Below, piece by piece: positions 56,704 to 64,000 of a stretch of 64,000 nt of DNA; position 1 is the first letter of the stretch; each line of letters begins with the position of its first letter. Source of the DNA: an uncultured bacterium (GTDB lineage: Bacteria > Acidobacteriota > Thermoanaerobaculia > Multivoradales > JAHZIX01); contig CBDUPA010000006.1 in NCBI GenBank assembly GCA_965368975.1, positions 192,001 through 256,000 of the forward strand, written 5' to 3'. The notes beneath the pieces are model-generated. The model was not told where the DNA came from, did no database searches, and saw nothing but the letters and a program-made list of their open reading frames with translations. A program made the translations under genes and the position numbers.

Positions 56704-58110
56704 ATGAAGCCGGTTCCCATCCTTGTCGCCGTTGGCGCACTCGTCGCTGTGCTGGCGATCTGCGTTTCTTCGTCCTTGGCCAGCTCCGCCGAGCCCGTGT
56801 CCTCCGAAACGGTGCCAGAGCAGAGGGTCGCCTTGTTGACAACGGAGGGCGACGGAGCGAGCTATTGGCCACGCTGGCGCGGGCCGTCGGGACAGGGGCA
56901 GGTCGAGGACATGGGCTATGTCGATACCTGGTCGAGTACCGAGAATGTGCTGTGGAAGAGTGTTGTGCCTGGCCGCGGCAACTCGTCGCCGATTGTCTGG
57001 GGTGACCGCATCTTCGTGACCGCTTCGTACAAGGGCGGCGATCGGCGGGCGATCTTTGCCTTCGATCGCGGTACTGGCGAACAGATCTGGGTTGTCGATG
57101 TACCTTCCGATGCGCGTGACGAGGACTATCACCCCAAGAACTCTCTGGCTTCTTCGACGCCGACCACGGATGGCGAACTCGTCTACGGCTACTTCGGCAA
57201 CGATGGCGTGATGGCGGTGGACTTCGACGGCAAGGTCGTCTGGCACCAGCCGCTCGGTCTATTCAACGCCTTCCACGGCACGGCCTCGTCGCCGCTGCTG
57301 TACAAGGACCGGCTCATCGTGGTCCAGGACGCGCGCAACAATGCCTTCATCGCGGCCTTCGACAAGAAAACCGGCGAGGAGCTGTGGCGCACCAAGCGGC
57401 GGGCGCAGGTGGGGTGGAACACGCCGATTCCCGTGCGCGTCGAGGGGCAGGACCAGATCGTGGTCAGCAGCATGCAGCAGGTGATCGCCTACGACCCACA
57501 GACCGGGCTCGAAATTTGGCACGCGCGCGGCAACACCTTCGAGGCCATTCCGACACCGGTGGTTGGGCACGATCTCATCTACGCATCGTCGGGTCGTGCG
57601 GGTCCGACCCTGGCGATTCGGCCGTTGCGCGGGGACGGCCACCGTTCGGGCAAGAGCCCCAAGGCCGAGATCGTCTGGCGTGCGTCCAAGGGTTCGCCCT
57701 TCGTGCCGTCGCCAATTCTCGACGGCGACCATCTCTTCATGGTCAATGACATGGCCAGCATCGCCACCTGCTACGACGCGCGCAGCGGCGAAGTGCTGTG
57801 GCAGGGACGCCTGGGCCGCGCCAGCCGCGAAGGGTTCTCGGCCTCGCCTGTGCTAGTGGGGAACAAGGTCTACTTCACCAATGACGAGGGCGTCACTTTC
57901 GTGCTCGCTTCCGGCGCCGAGTTCGAGATCCTGCACACGAACGATCTCGAAGAACCGGTGCTCGCCTCGCCAGCCCTGGTCGATGGCATTTGGTACTTCC
58001 GTACCGCCAGGCACCTGCTGGCGATCGGGCGGCCTGAATCTTCTGAGACTGGATCTTCTTTGACTCAATCTTCGTTGATTCAGGCCACCCCCGCTCAGGG
58101 TGCCCGCTAG
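56704..58110 (+). CDS. PQQ-binding-like beta-propeller repeat protein
   Basis: AGGAG RBS before ATG 56704; WPRWRGPSGQG, GNSSPIVWGDRIF, ASSTPTTDGE, repeated blades. Confidence 0.85.
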   Translation: MKPVPILVAVGALVAVLAICVSSSLASSAEPVSSETVPEQRVALLTTEGDGASYWPRWRGPSGQGQVEDMGYVDTWSSTENVLWKSVVPGRGNSSPIVWGDRIFVTASYKGGDRRAIFAFDRGTGEQIWVVDVPSDARDEDYHPKNSLASSTPTTDGELVYGYFGNDGVMAVDFDGKVVWHQPLGLFNAFHGTASSPLLYKDRLIVVQDARNNAFIAAFDKKTGEELWRTKRRAQVGWNTPIPVRVEGQDQIVVSSMQQVIAYDPQTGLEIWHARGNTFEAIPTPVVGHDLIYASSGRAGPTLAIRPLRGDGHRSGKSPKAEIVWRASKGSPFVPSPILDGDHLFMVNDMASIATCYDARSGEVLWQGRLGRASREGFSASPVLVGNKVYFTNDEGVTFVLASGAEFEILHTNDLEEPVLASPALVDGIWYFRTARHLLAIGRPESSETGSSLTQSSLIQATPAQGAR

Positions 58111-60341
58111 CAGTCTTCTTCGGCCGGCACATCCCACACGTTGCCACCGGTCAGGTTCTGCCAAGAGTTTGAGCTGGCGTGCCGGTTGCGGCGCTGTTCG
58201 AGCCAGCGACGGCCGTGGATTCGCACATTGACCAGGTCCTGAGCGCTGAGGTCGTCGAAGCCGTCCTGGCGTAGCGCACGAATGAGGTCTGCGTCGACAC
58301 CGTGGATGCGGAAGCGCACCAGATCCTGAGGACTCAGCTGCGCGTAGCCTTCGTTGGCCAGGCCGCGGATGAATTCCGCCGATACGTTGTGGACGCGGAA
58401 GCGCACCAGATACTCACTGGAGAGTCCCTGGTAGCCGAGGCTCGTCAGCTGCTCCAGGTAGTCTACGTTGACTCCGTGGACTCGGAAACGCACCAGATAC
58501 TCGCCCGAGAGCTGCTCATAGCCGGCTGTCCGCAAGGTCTCGATGAAGTCCGGTGACACGCCGTGGATGCGGAAGCGCACCGCCTGTTCCAGGCTTAGAT
58601 CATCGTAACCTGCGTCCGCCATGGCGCCCAGGAACTCCGGTGTCGCCTCGTGAATGCGCAGCTTGACCAGTTGCGCTGGGGACACATCGTTGTAACCCAA
58701 AGCGGTGAGTTGACGGATCATCTCCGCACTGACGTCGTGGATGCGGAAGCGCACCAGATCCTTCAGCGCCAGGCCGTCGTAGCCCAGCGTCGTGAGTTCG
58801 TCCAGGAAAGACCGCGAGACGTCGAACAGAGCCAACTTGGCTTGCTGTTCGGTCGACAGCGGGTCATAGCCGCGGCGCTCCAGGTCCCGGGCGTAGTCAG
58901 CGTTGGGTTCGAACCGATAGGTCCCGCCACCTTCGTTGCCGGTGCTACCACTGCCGTTGAAGCGGCCCTCGAAGACGAAGGTGCCAGCGTCGCGGCGCAG
59001 CTCGAAGCGAGTGTCGGGGCCTCCAATCTGACCCGAGAACTCGGTCAGCGGCAAGGTAGAGCCGTGGAACCAATGCTCGTCGCCGTCGTCGACCCGCAGT
59101 TGCAGCCACAGCTGATCTTGCTTGATCTCGGCGCTCCAACTGCCACCGGCCGGTAGCTCGCCAAAGTCCACGCGGTCGGGTTCTTGGGACGGTTCCGGGT
59201 AGGGCTCGGGCGAAGGTTCCGGGCCGAAATTCACTTCCGAAGTCTCGAGCTCCATTGGGTCGGGACCCGGCGCTGCGTGCGCACCACTGAGCTGCACCGT
59301 CACGCCGGCGCCCAGCACCAGCACCACGAGAAGACCGGCGAGCCAAGCTTCGGGACGGCTCTTCGGAGCCTCGGCCGGTAGTAGCAACCGACGCACGCGG
59401 CCGAGCAGGGAGTGACCTTCCATGCCGCCGTCAGCCGCCATCGCCAGGCGTAGCGGCACGCGCAGCGTTTCCAGCTGTGTCAACGCGCGTGCGTACTCCA
59501 CGCGGTCACCGCACAGCTGCACTGCCAGATCGTCGCAGCAGTGCTCGCGCTCGACCCGTACTCGCCGCGACAGCCACCACACCGCGGGGTGGTAAAAGAG
59601 CAGCGTCTCGACCGCCGTCTGGAGCAGGTTGACCAAGTAGTCGTGGCGCCGCACGTGCGCCAGCTCGTGTGCCAGGATCGACTCGAGCTGCCGCGGTGTC
59701 AGGCCGGTGAATGTGCTCACCGGCACTAGCACCACCGGCCGCAGCCAGCCCACTACCGCCGGTACCGGCGCCAGCGTCGACGCCAGCAACCGCACTGGAC
59801 GCGTCACGCCCAGGCGGTCGGACAATTCGTCGAGGCGAGCTTGCCAAGCCTCGTCCGCCGGCCGCGTACCCTGACGGCGCAGCCGTTGCACCAGCCACCA
59901 ACCGCCCGTCTGGCGCGCTGCCAGTAGCACCACGCCCGCCAGCCACGCTGCGAGCAGCCAGGGCAGAACCGGTTCCAGCTGGGACAGGCTCGGTACCCAG
60001 TTCGAGGCTGCCGGCACGGCGCCGGGTCGTGTCGCTCGCGCATCGTTCGCTGACAGGGTTGCAACGCTGAGTTTCGTGGGGGCCGCCGTCGAGGCACTCG
60101 CCTCGTCCGTCGCCGAGATCGCTCGCGCGGCAGTCCAGGCCTGCCAGGTGGTCGCCACCGGCAGAGCGAGCATCAGCATCAGGCCGCCGCCGGCCACGGC
60201 GTAGCGCACCCGCGCGTTGGTGCGCCGCAGGGCTGCCAAGACACCTCCAATCAGCAGAGCTACCAACGTACCTTGCCACAGAAAGTGCACCAGGGCCCAA
60301 GCCACCGCCTGCATCGCTTCATTCGATTCCCACACCATCAT
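58107..60341 (-). CDS. M56 family metallopeptidase (BlaR1/MecR1-like) with C-terminal 29-aa repeats
   Basis: WALVHFLWQG, ILAHELAHVRRHD, FYHPAVWW, EREHCCDD; C-terminal 8x (GY..LS...LVRFRIHGV). Confidence 0.9.
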   Translation of the reverse strand: MMVWESNEAMQAVAWALVHFLWQGTLVALLIGGVLAALRRTNARVRYAVAGGGLMLMLALPVATTWQAWTAARAISATDEASASTAAPTKLSVATLSANDARATRPGAVPAASNWVPSLSQLEPVLPWLLAAWLAGVVLLAARQTGGWWLVQRLRRQGTRPADEAWQARLDELSDRLGVTRPVRLLASTLAPVPAVVGWLRPVVLVPVSTFTGLTPRQLESILAHELAHVRRHDYLVNLLQTAVETLLFYHPAVWWLSRRVRVEREHCCDDLAVQLCGDRVEYARALTQLETLRVPLRLAMAADGGMEGHSLLGRVRRLLLPAEAPKSRPEAWLAGLLVVLVLGAGVTVQLSGAHAAPGPDPMELETSEVNFGPEPSPEPYPEPSQEPDRVDFGELPAGGSWSAEIKQDQLWLQLRVDDGDEHWFHGSTLPLTEFSGQIGGPDTRFELRRDAGTFVFEGRFNGSGSTGNEGGGTYRFEPNADYARDLERRGYDPLSTEQQAKLALFDVSRSFLDELTTLGYDGLALKDLVRFRIHDVSAEMIRQLTALGYNDVSPAQLVKLRIHEATPEFLGAMADAGYDDLSLEQAVRFRIHGVSPDFIETLRTAGYEQLSGEYLVRFRVHGVNVDYLEQLTSLGYQGLSSEYLVRFRVHNVSAEFIRGLANEGYAQLSPQDLVRFRIHGVDADLIRALRQDGFDDLSAQDLVNVRIHGRRWLEQRRNRHASSNSWQNLTGGNVWDVPAEEDC

Positions 60342-60757
60342 CGTTCGTCTCCTTCGCCGGCCTGGGTCTGCATATCGTCGAGCAGCCGGCGTATTTGTGC
60401 CAGCTCGGCCTCGGATGCCGGCTGGCTGGCCAGCGCCTGCATCACCAGCCGTCCGGCCGAACCGCCGAAGGCGCGGTCGACCAGGTCGTCCAGCAGGTGG
60501 CGCTGTGTGTCTTCTTCACTGATGCGGGGCTGGTACACGTGCGCACGCTGCGAGGCGTCGCGCACCACCAGGCCCTTGTCGGTCATGATCTGCAGCAGCT
60601 TGAGCACCGTCGTGTAGCCGACGTTTGCACGCCGGGACAGCTCCTCGTGGACCTGTCGCACCGTGCTGGCTCCGCGTTGCCACAGTACCCGTAGGATGCC
60701 GAGTTCGGCGTCCGTGGGTCGTGGAAGGGTCGTGATTGCCGCGGTCGTTTGTGCCAT
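60338..60757 (-). CDS. BlaI/MecI/CopY family transcriptional repressor
   Basis: PTDAEL.IL.VLW..G..TVRQV, YTTVLKLLQIM.DKGLV.R, AFGGS. Confidence 0.92.
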   Translation of the reverse strand: MAQTTAAITTLPRPTDAELGILRVLWQRGASTVRQVHEELSRRANVGYTTVLKLLQIMTDKGLVVRDASQRAHVYQPRISEEDTQRHLLDDLVDRAFGGSAGRLVMQALASQPASEAELAQIRRLLDDMQTQAGEGDER

Positions 60758-60766
60758 GGTGAGGAG

Positions 60767-60809
60767 AGATTATACGAAGGTCTTCGTAATGTCAACGAAA
60801 TCCTTCGTA
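60767..60809 (-). promoter_or_regulatory. Sigma-70 promoter overlapped by two BlaI-type operator palindromes
   Basis: Minus strand TTGACA (60790-60795), with TATAAT at 15 bp or TAATCT at 17 bp; TACGAA-N4-TTCGTA (60773-60788) and AACGAA-N4-TTCGTA (60794-60809). Confidence 0.75.
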
Positions 60810-60850
60810 GTTTCATCTGTGCGGTGCTCCGATCGTGATCGGTAAGACTC

Positions 60851-62146
60851 TTACCGGCGGCGTTCGGCCGCCAGGCGGGCGACCGGTACGGCCAGGAGGA
60901 GCGTCAAGATACCCGCGAGCACGGCCAGCAGCGCCTCGTTGGGCAAAGGCATGCCGGTCGCGCCCGCGAACGCCTTGGCAATGCCGACGACGCCGAGCAG
61001 TACCGTCGCCGCTACCACCGGCGCCAAGAGCACGTTGGCGAATCTGCTGTTGAGTGCGTCGCCCATCAGCTTGCGGTCGTTGACCGTCAGTAGCAGGAAG
61101 ACCGCCACCAGAGGTAGCAGAATGCCGTTGAGCGCCTGCGCAAGCAGAATCGCCGGCACCGGACGGACATCGGCCAGTCCGAAGCCGATACCAACCGCCA
61201 GGACCGCCAGCCAGACGCCGCGGAAGCGCAGTGAAGTTGGTGCCCAGCTCTCATCTTCCTCCGAAGAGGCGAAGAGGCTGCGCGCGGTGACCGCCGCGGC
61301 CAGCGGCGCCGTCACTGCCGACGACAAGCCCGCAGCCAGCAAGCCGGCTGCGAACAGTGTGCGTGCCCACGGACCCAGGCGCGCGTCGAGCACCGCGGCC
61401 AGCGCGTCGAACGAGAAATTCCCTTGCACCGCCGTGCCGACCACCAGGATGCCCATCGAGATGAGGCCGCCCAGGAAGACCGCCACCGCCAGACCCAGGC
61501 GGACCTCGCCCAGCGTCTGGTCACGCGCCAGGCCGGAGCCCAGGAAGAGGTTGTAGGGCACCACCGTCGTGCCGACCAGGCCGATCACCAGCAACCCGGC
61601 GCCATTCGGCAGGCTGGGCACTATCAAGCCGCGTACGAGGTCGGAGAGCGGCGGTGCCAGGCGTATCGAGGTGACCAGGAACGCGACGCTCATCACCGCC
61701 ACCAGCAAGCTCAAGCTCGGCGCCACCTGGCGCGGCGACCCGAGGCCGAGCAGCAACACCGCGACGCCGCCGCACAACAGCGTCAAGGTGGTACGCGACA
61801 GGTCCCAGCCCAGTGCCGCACCCGCCACGCCGCCCAGAATGTTGCCTGCCTCGTAGGCGGCGCAGCCCAGCACGATGGCGCCAAGCACTACCGCCAACAC
61901 GATCACGCCCTTCCAGCCCCCTTGGTAGCGGGCGCGCAGAGCCTGTCCCAGATTGCGTCCCGAGGCGACCGTCAAGCGTGCGCTGGCCTCCTGCAGCACC
62001 AGGCAGGCGATGGTCGAGAAGCCGAGTGCCCACAGCAGAGCATAGCCATGCCCTGCCCCCGCGGACGCCGCCGTGGCCACCGTGCCGGGGCCAATAAAGG
62101 CTGCAGCGATGATCGACCAGAAGAGGATGGAGAGTAGTTTCCTCAA
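60851..62146 (-). CDS. NRAMP-family (MntH-like) divalent cation transporter
   Basis: AAAFIGPGTV.T....GA..GY.LLW, QEASARL, GTTVVPYNLFL, AQALNG.LLP; about 11 TM. Confidence 0.8.
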   Translation of the reverse strand: MRKLLSILFWSIIAAAFIGPGTVATAASAGAGHGYALLWALGFSTIACLVLQEASARLTVASGRNLGQALRARYQGGWKGVIVLAVVLGAIVLGCAAYEAGNILGGVAGAALGWDLSRTTLTLLCGGVAVLLLGLGSPRQVAPSLSLLVAVMSVAFLVTSIRLAPPLSDLVRGLIVPSLPNGAGLLVIGLVGTTVVPYNLFLGSGLARDQTLGEVRLGLAVAVFLGGLISMGILVVGTAVQGNFSFDALAAVLDARLGPWARTLFAAGLLAAGLSSAVTAPLAAAVTARSLFASSEEDESWAPTSLRFRGVWLAVLAVGIGFGLADVRPVPAILLAQALNGILLPLVAVFLLLTVNDRKLMGDALNSRFANVLLAPVVAATVLLGVVGIAKAFAGATGMPLPNEALLAVLAGILTLLLAVPVARLAAERRR

Positions 62147-62171
62147 GACGATTCCCTCAAGACGACATATC

Positions 62172-63374
62172 TCACCGCAGCTTCACCCCATACGGCTTGA
62201 GCGCCTGACGCGCGACGACCGTCTTGTGGACCTCGTCCGGTCCATCGTAAATGCGTGCGCCGCGTTCCTGAGTGTAAAACCAGGAGAGCACCGTATCGTC
62301 CGTGACGCCCAGCGCTCCGTGCACCTGCACCGCGCGGTCGATCACGCGCATCATCACGCCGGCAACATAGAACTTGATCGTGGAAATGAAGGGTCGAGCT
62401 GCTCTAGCGCCGTTGCGGTCGATCTCCCACGCCGCGCGCAGCACCATCAGCCGCGACGCATCGATCTCCGCCCGGCTCTCGGCAATCCAGTTCTGCACCG
62501 TCTGCCGCTGCGCCAGCGGTTCCCCGGGCGACAGCTCCCGGCTTGCCGCGCGCCGGCACATCAGGTCGAAGCTGCGCTCGCAGATACCAATCCAGCGCAT
62601 GCAGTGGTGGATGCGTCCCGGTCCAAGCCGGGCCTGGGCGATCGCGAAGCCGGCGCCCGCCAGGCCCAACAGGTTCGTGCGCGGCACCCGGCAATGCCGG
62701 TAGCGCACCTCCGCGTGACTCGCCCAGCCGTCACCCACGTGGCCGAATACCGGGATGTTGCGCACGAGCTCGAAACCTTCCGTGTCCGTCGGCACCAGAA
62801 TCTGGCTCGCCCGCTGGTGCGCCGCCGCTTGCGGTTCCGTCACCGCCATCACCACCGCGAACGCGGCGCCGTCCGCCGAGCTGGTGAACCACTTGTGTCC
62901 GTCGATCACCCAATCGTCACCGTCAGTCACCGCGATGGTGTCCAGGTTGACCGGGTTCGAGCCCGCCAAGTGTGGCTCGGTCATCGAAAAACAGCTGCGG
63001 ATGCGTCCGTCGAGCAGCGGCGCCAGGAAGCGCTCCTGCTGCGCCGGGGTCCCGTACTCGATCAGAATCTCCATGTTGCCCGCGTCCGGCGCCTGGCAAT
63101 TGCAGGCGTAGTGCCCGAAGGGCGAGCGTCCCAGCTGCTCACTGAGCAAGCCATGCTCCAGCACCGACAACCCGAGCCCGCCATGCGTCGTCGGAATCTG
63201 CGGCAGCCAGAGCCCAAGCTCTCGCGCCATCTCACGCTTCGCGGCCAGCATCTTCTCGGCGGCGCTGAAGGGGCCGTGCAGGTACTCCGCCTCCAGCGGG
63301 ATCAGCTCCGCGTCCACAAAGGTGCGGGCACGGTCAAGGAGCTGCTGCATCTCGGGCGAGGGGGCGAAGTTCAT
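62172..63374 (-). CDS. Acyl-CoA dehydrogenase family protein
   Basis: NCQAPDAGNMEIL, RSCFSMTEP, GHKWFTS, AQARLGPGRIHHCMR, RIYDGPDEVH; ATGA overlap. Confidence 0.92.
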   Translation of the reverse strand: MNFAPSPEMQQLLDRARTFVDAELIPLEAEYLHGPFSAAEKMLAAKREMARELGLWLPQIPTTHGGLGLSVLEHGLLSEQLGRSPFGHYACNCQAPDAGNMEILIEYGTPAQQERFLAPLLDGRIRSCFSMTEPHLAGSNPVNLDTIAVTDGDDWVIDGHKWFTSSADGAAFAVVMAVTEPQAAAHQRASQILVPTDTEGFELVRNIPVFGHVGDGWASHAEVRYRHCRVPRTNLLGLAGAGFAIAQARLGPGRIHHCMRWIGICERSFDLMCRRAASRELSPGEPLAQRQTVQNWIAESRAEIDASRLMVLRAAWEIDRNGARAARPFISTIKFYVAGVMMRVIDRAVQVHGALGVTDDTVLSWFYTQERGARIYDGPDEVHKTVVARQALKPYGVKLR

Positions 63375-64000
63375 GGAGCGTCTCCGGGGCCGTCGTTCAG
63401 CGTGATGCGGATGGCGTCGCGGACGGCTTGCCAGGTCTCGGGGCTGGGGGAGCCGGAGCGGAGGTCGGCGAGGGTGGCTTCGTCCAAGTTGGCGCCCTGT
63501 TGGTTGGCGAGAGAAGCGGCGCGGACGAGGTAGTCGGGATGGTCGATCAGGTGCTCGGGGTCTTCGCGGTGGCTCAGGAGATGAGCCCAGGCGATCCACT
63601 GGCCGAAGTCGAAGGCGTCGCGCAGGGCAGGGTCTGAATCGATCTTGCTTTCGATTCTTTCAGCCCCGTCTGCGAGGGTTTCCTGGGTCTCGAGAGATTC
63701 CCAGAGGCCGCCTCGATCATCCCAGTCGTCGCTCGAGGTCAAGTTCCGAATGAGCTGGAATTCGATCCCCACATCTGGAGTCTCGGCCGCCAAAGTCCAC
63801 CTCCATTCGACGAGTCGAACCCCCAGCCGGAAGGCAGCTCTCCGGTTGACACTGGTCGGCACATACCCCGTCCGGCTGCGTGTCCGGTTCCAGTCGTGCG
63901 CGAACTCGAGATCCCCAAGTTCTTCTACCCCGGGTGATGCTGGTGTCGAAGCTCCCGTCAGCCAGCGCAAGGTCGGCGTCTGCAGCAGCAAGACCGTCAA
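63371..64000 (-). CDS. Hypothetical protein, 5'-truncated by window edge
   Basis: Open frame from the window end; its stop overlaps the acyl-CoA dehydrogenase start. Confidence 0.55.
   Translation of the reverse strand: MTVLLLQTPTLRWLTGASTPASPGVEELGDLEFAHDWNRTRSRTGYVPTSVNRRAAFRLGVRLVEWRWTLAAETPDVGIEFQLIRNLTSSDDWDDRGGLWESLETQETLADGAERIESKIDSDPALRDAFDFGQWIAWAHLLSHREDPEHLIDHPDYLVRAASLANQQGANLDEATLADLRSGSPSPETWQAVRDAIRITLNDGPGDAP

Noticed and set aside
1-64000. tRNA, rRNA, integrase or prophage genes
   Set aside because: None recognised by eye; a tRNAscan or Infernal run would be needed to exclude them formally.

Overview
GC-rich bacterial window. The gene content (CRTAC1/TPR pair, PQQ-like propellers, a secreted 'FFDPxNxE..VKVLDGC' domain protein) suggests an Acidobacteriota-like organism; this is inference. 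Routine genes (ddl, ferredoxin, queG, acyl-CoA dehydrogenase, NRAMP, alpha-2-macroglobulin, BlaI/BlaR1, polysaccharide genes) flank a 25.5 kb minus-strand block of 14 genes (19864-45341) that sits between two plus-strand GT4 glycosyltransferases. The block has two modules. (1) A tightly coupled 10-gene operon (45341->27265) built around a 1256-aa tubulin/FtsZ-like protein with a C-terminal GYF-like domain. It also encodes an Hsp70-like ATPase with Zn-ribbon/Ig-like extensions, a degenerate Hsp70/actin-like paralog, a membrane-anchored GrpE-like protein, a Zn-finger protein, two membrane-anchored vWA paralogs, a small membrane protein, and an active/inactive pair of membrane-anchored transglutaminase-like proteins. 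(2) A 4-gene operon (27067->19864) with a LolA-like secreted protein, a secreted protein with 19 consecutive S-x-C-x-x pentapeptides, and two paralogous polytopic membrane proteins with DUF4350/GldG-like domains. Other notable signals: a candidate sigma-54-driven ~125-nt sRNA with its own terminator, a GTAG-type REP doublet inserted exactly in frame into a signal peptide, a 5'-truncated RAYT-like transposase, a tandem duplicated PA-domain metalloprotease, a BlaI double operator over its promoter, and many short tandem micro-duplications. All family calls come from motif recognition by eye, not from database searches.
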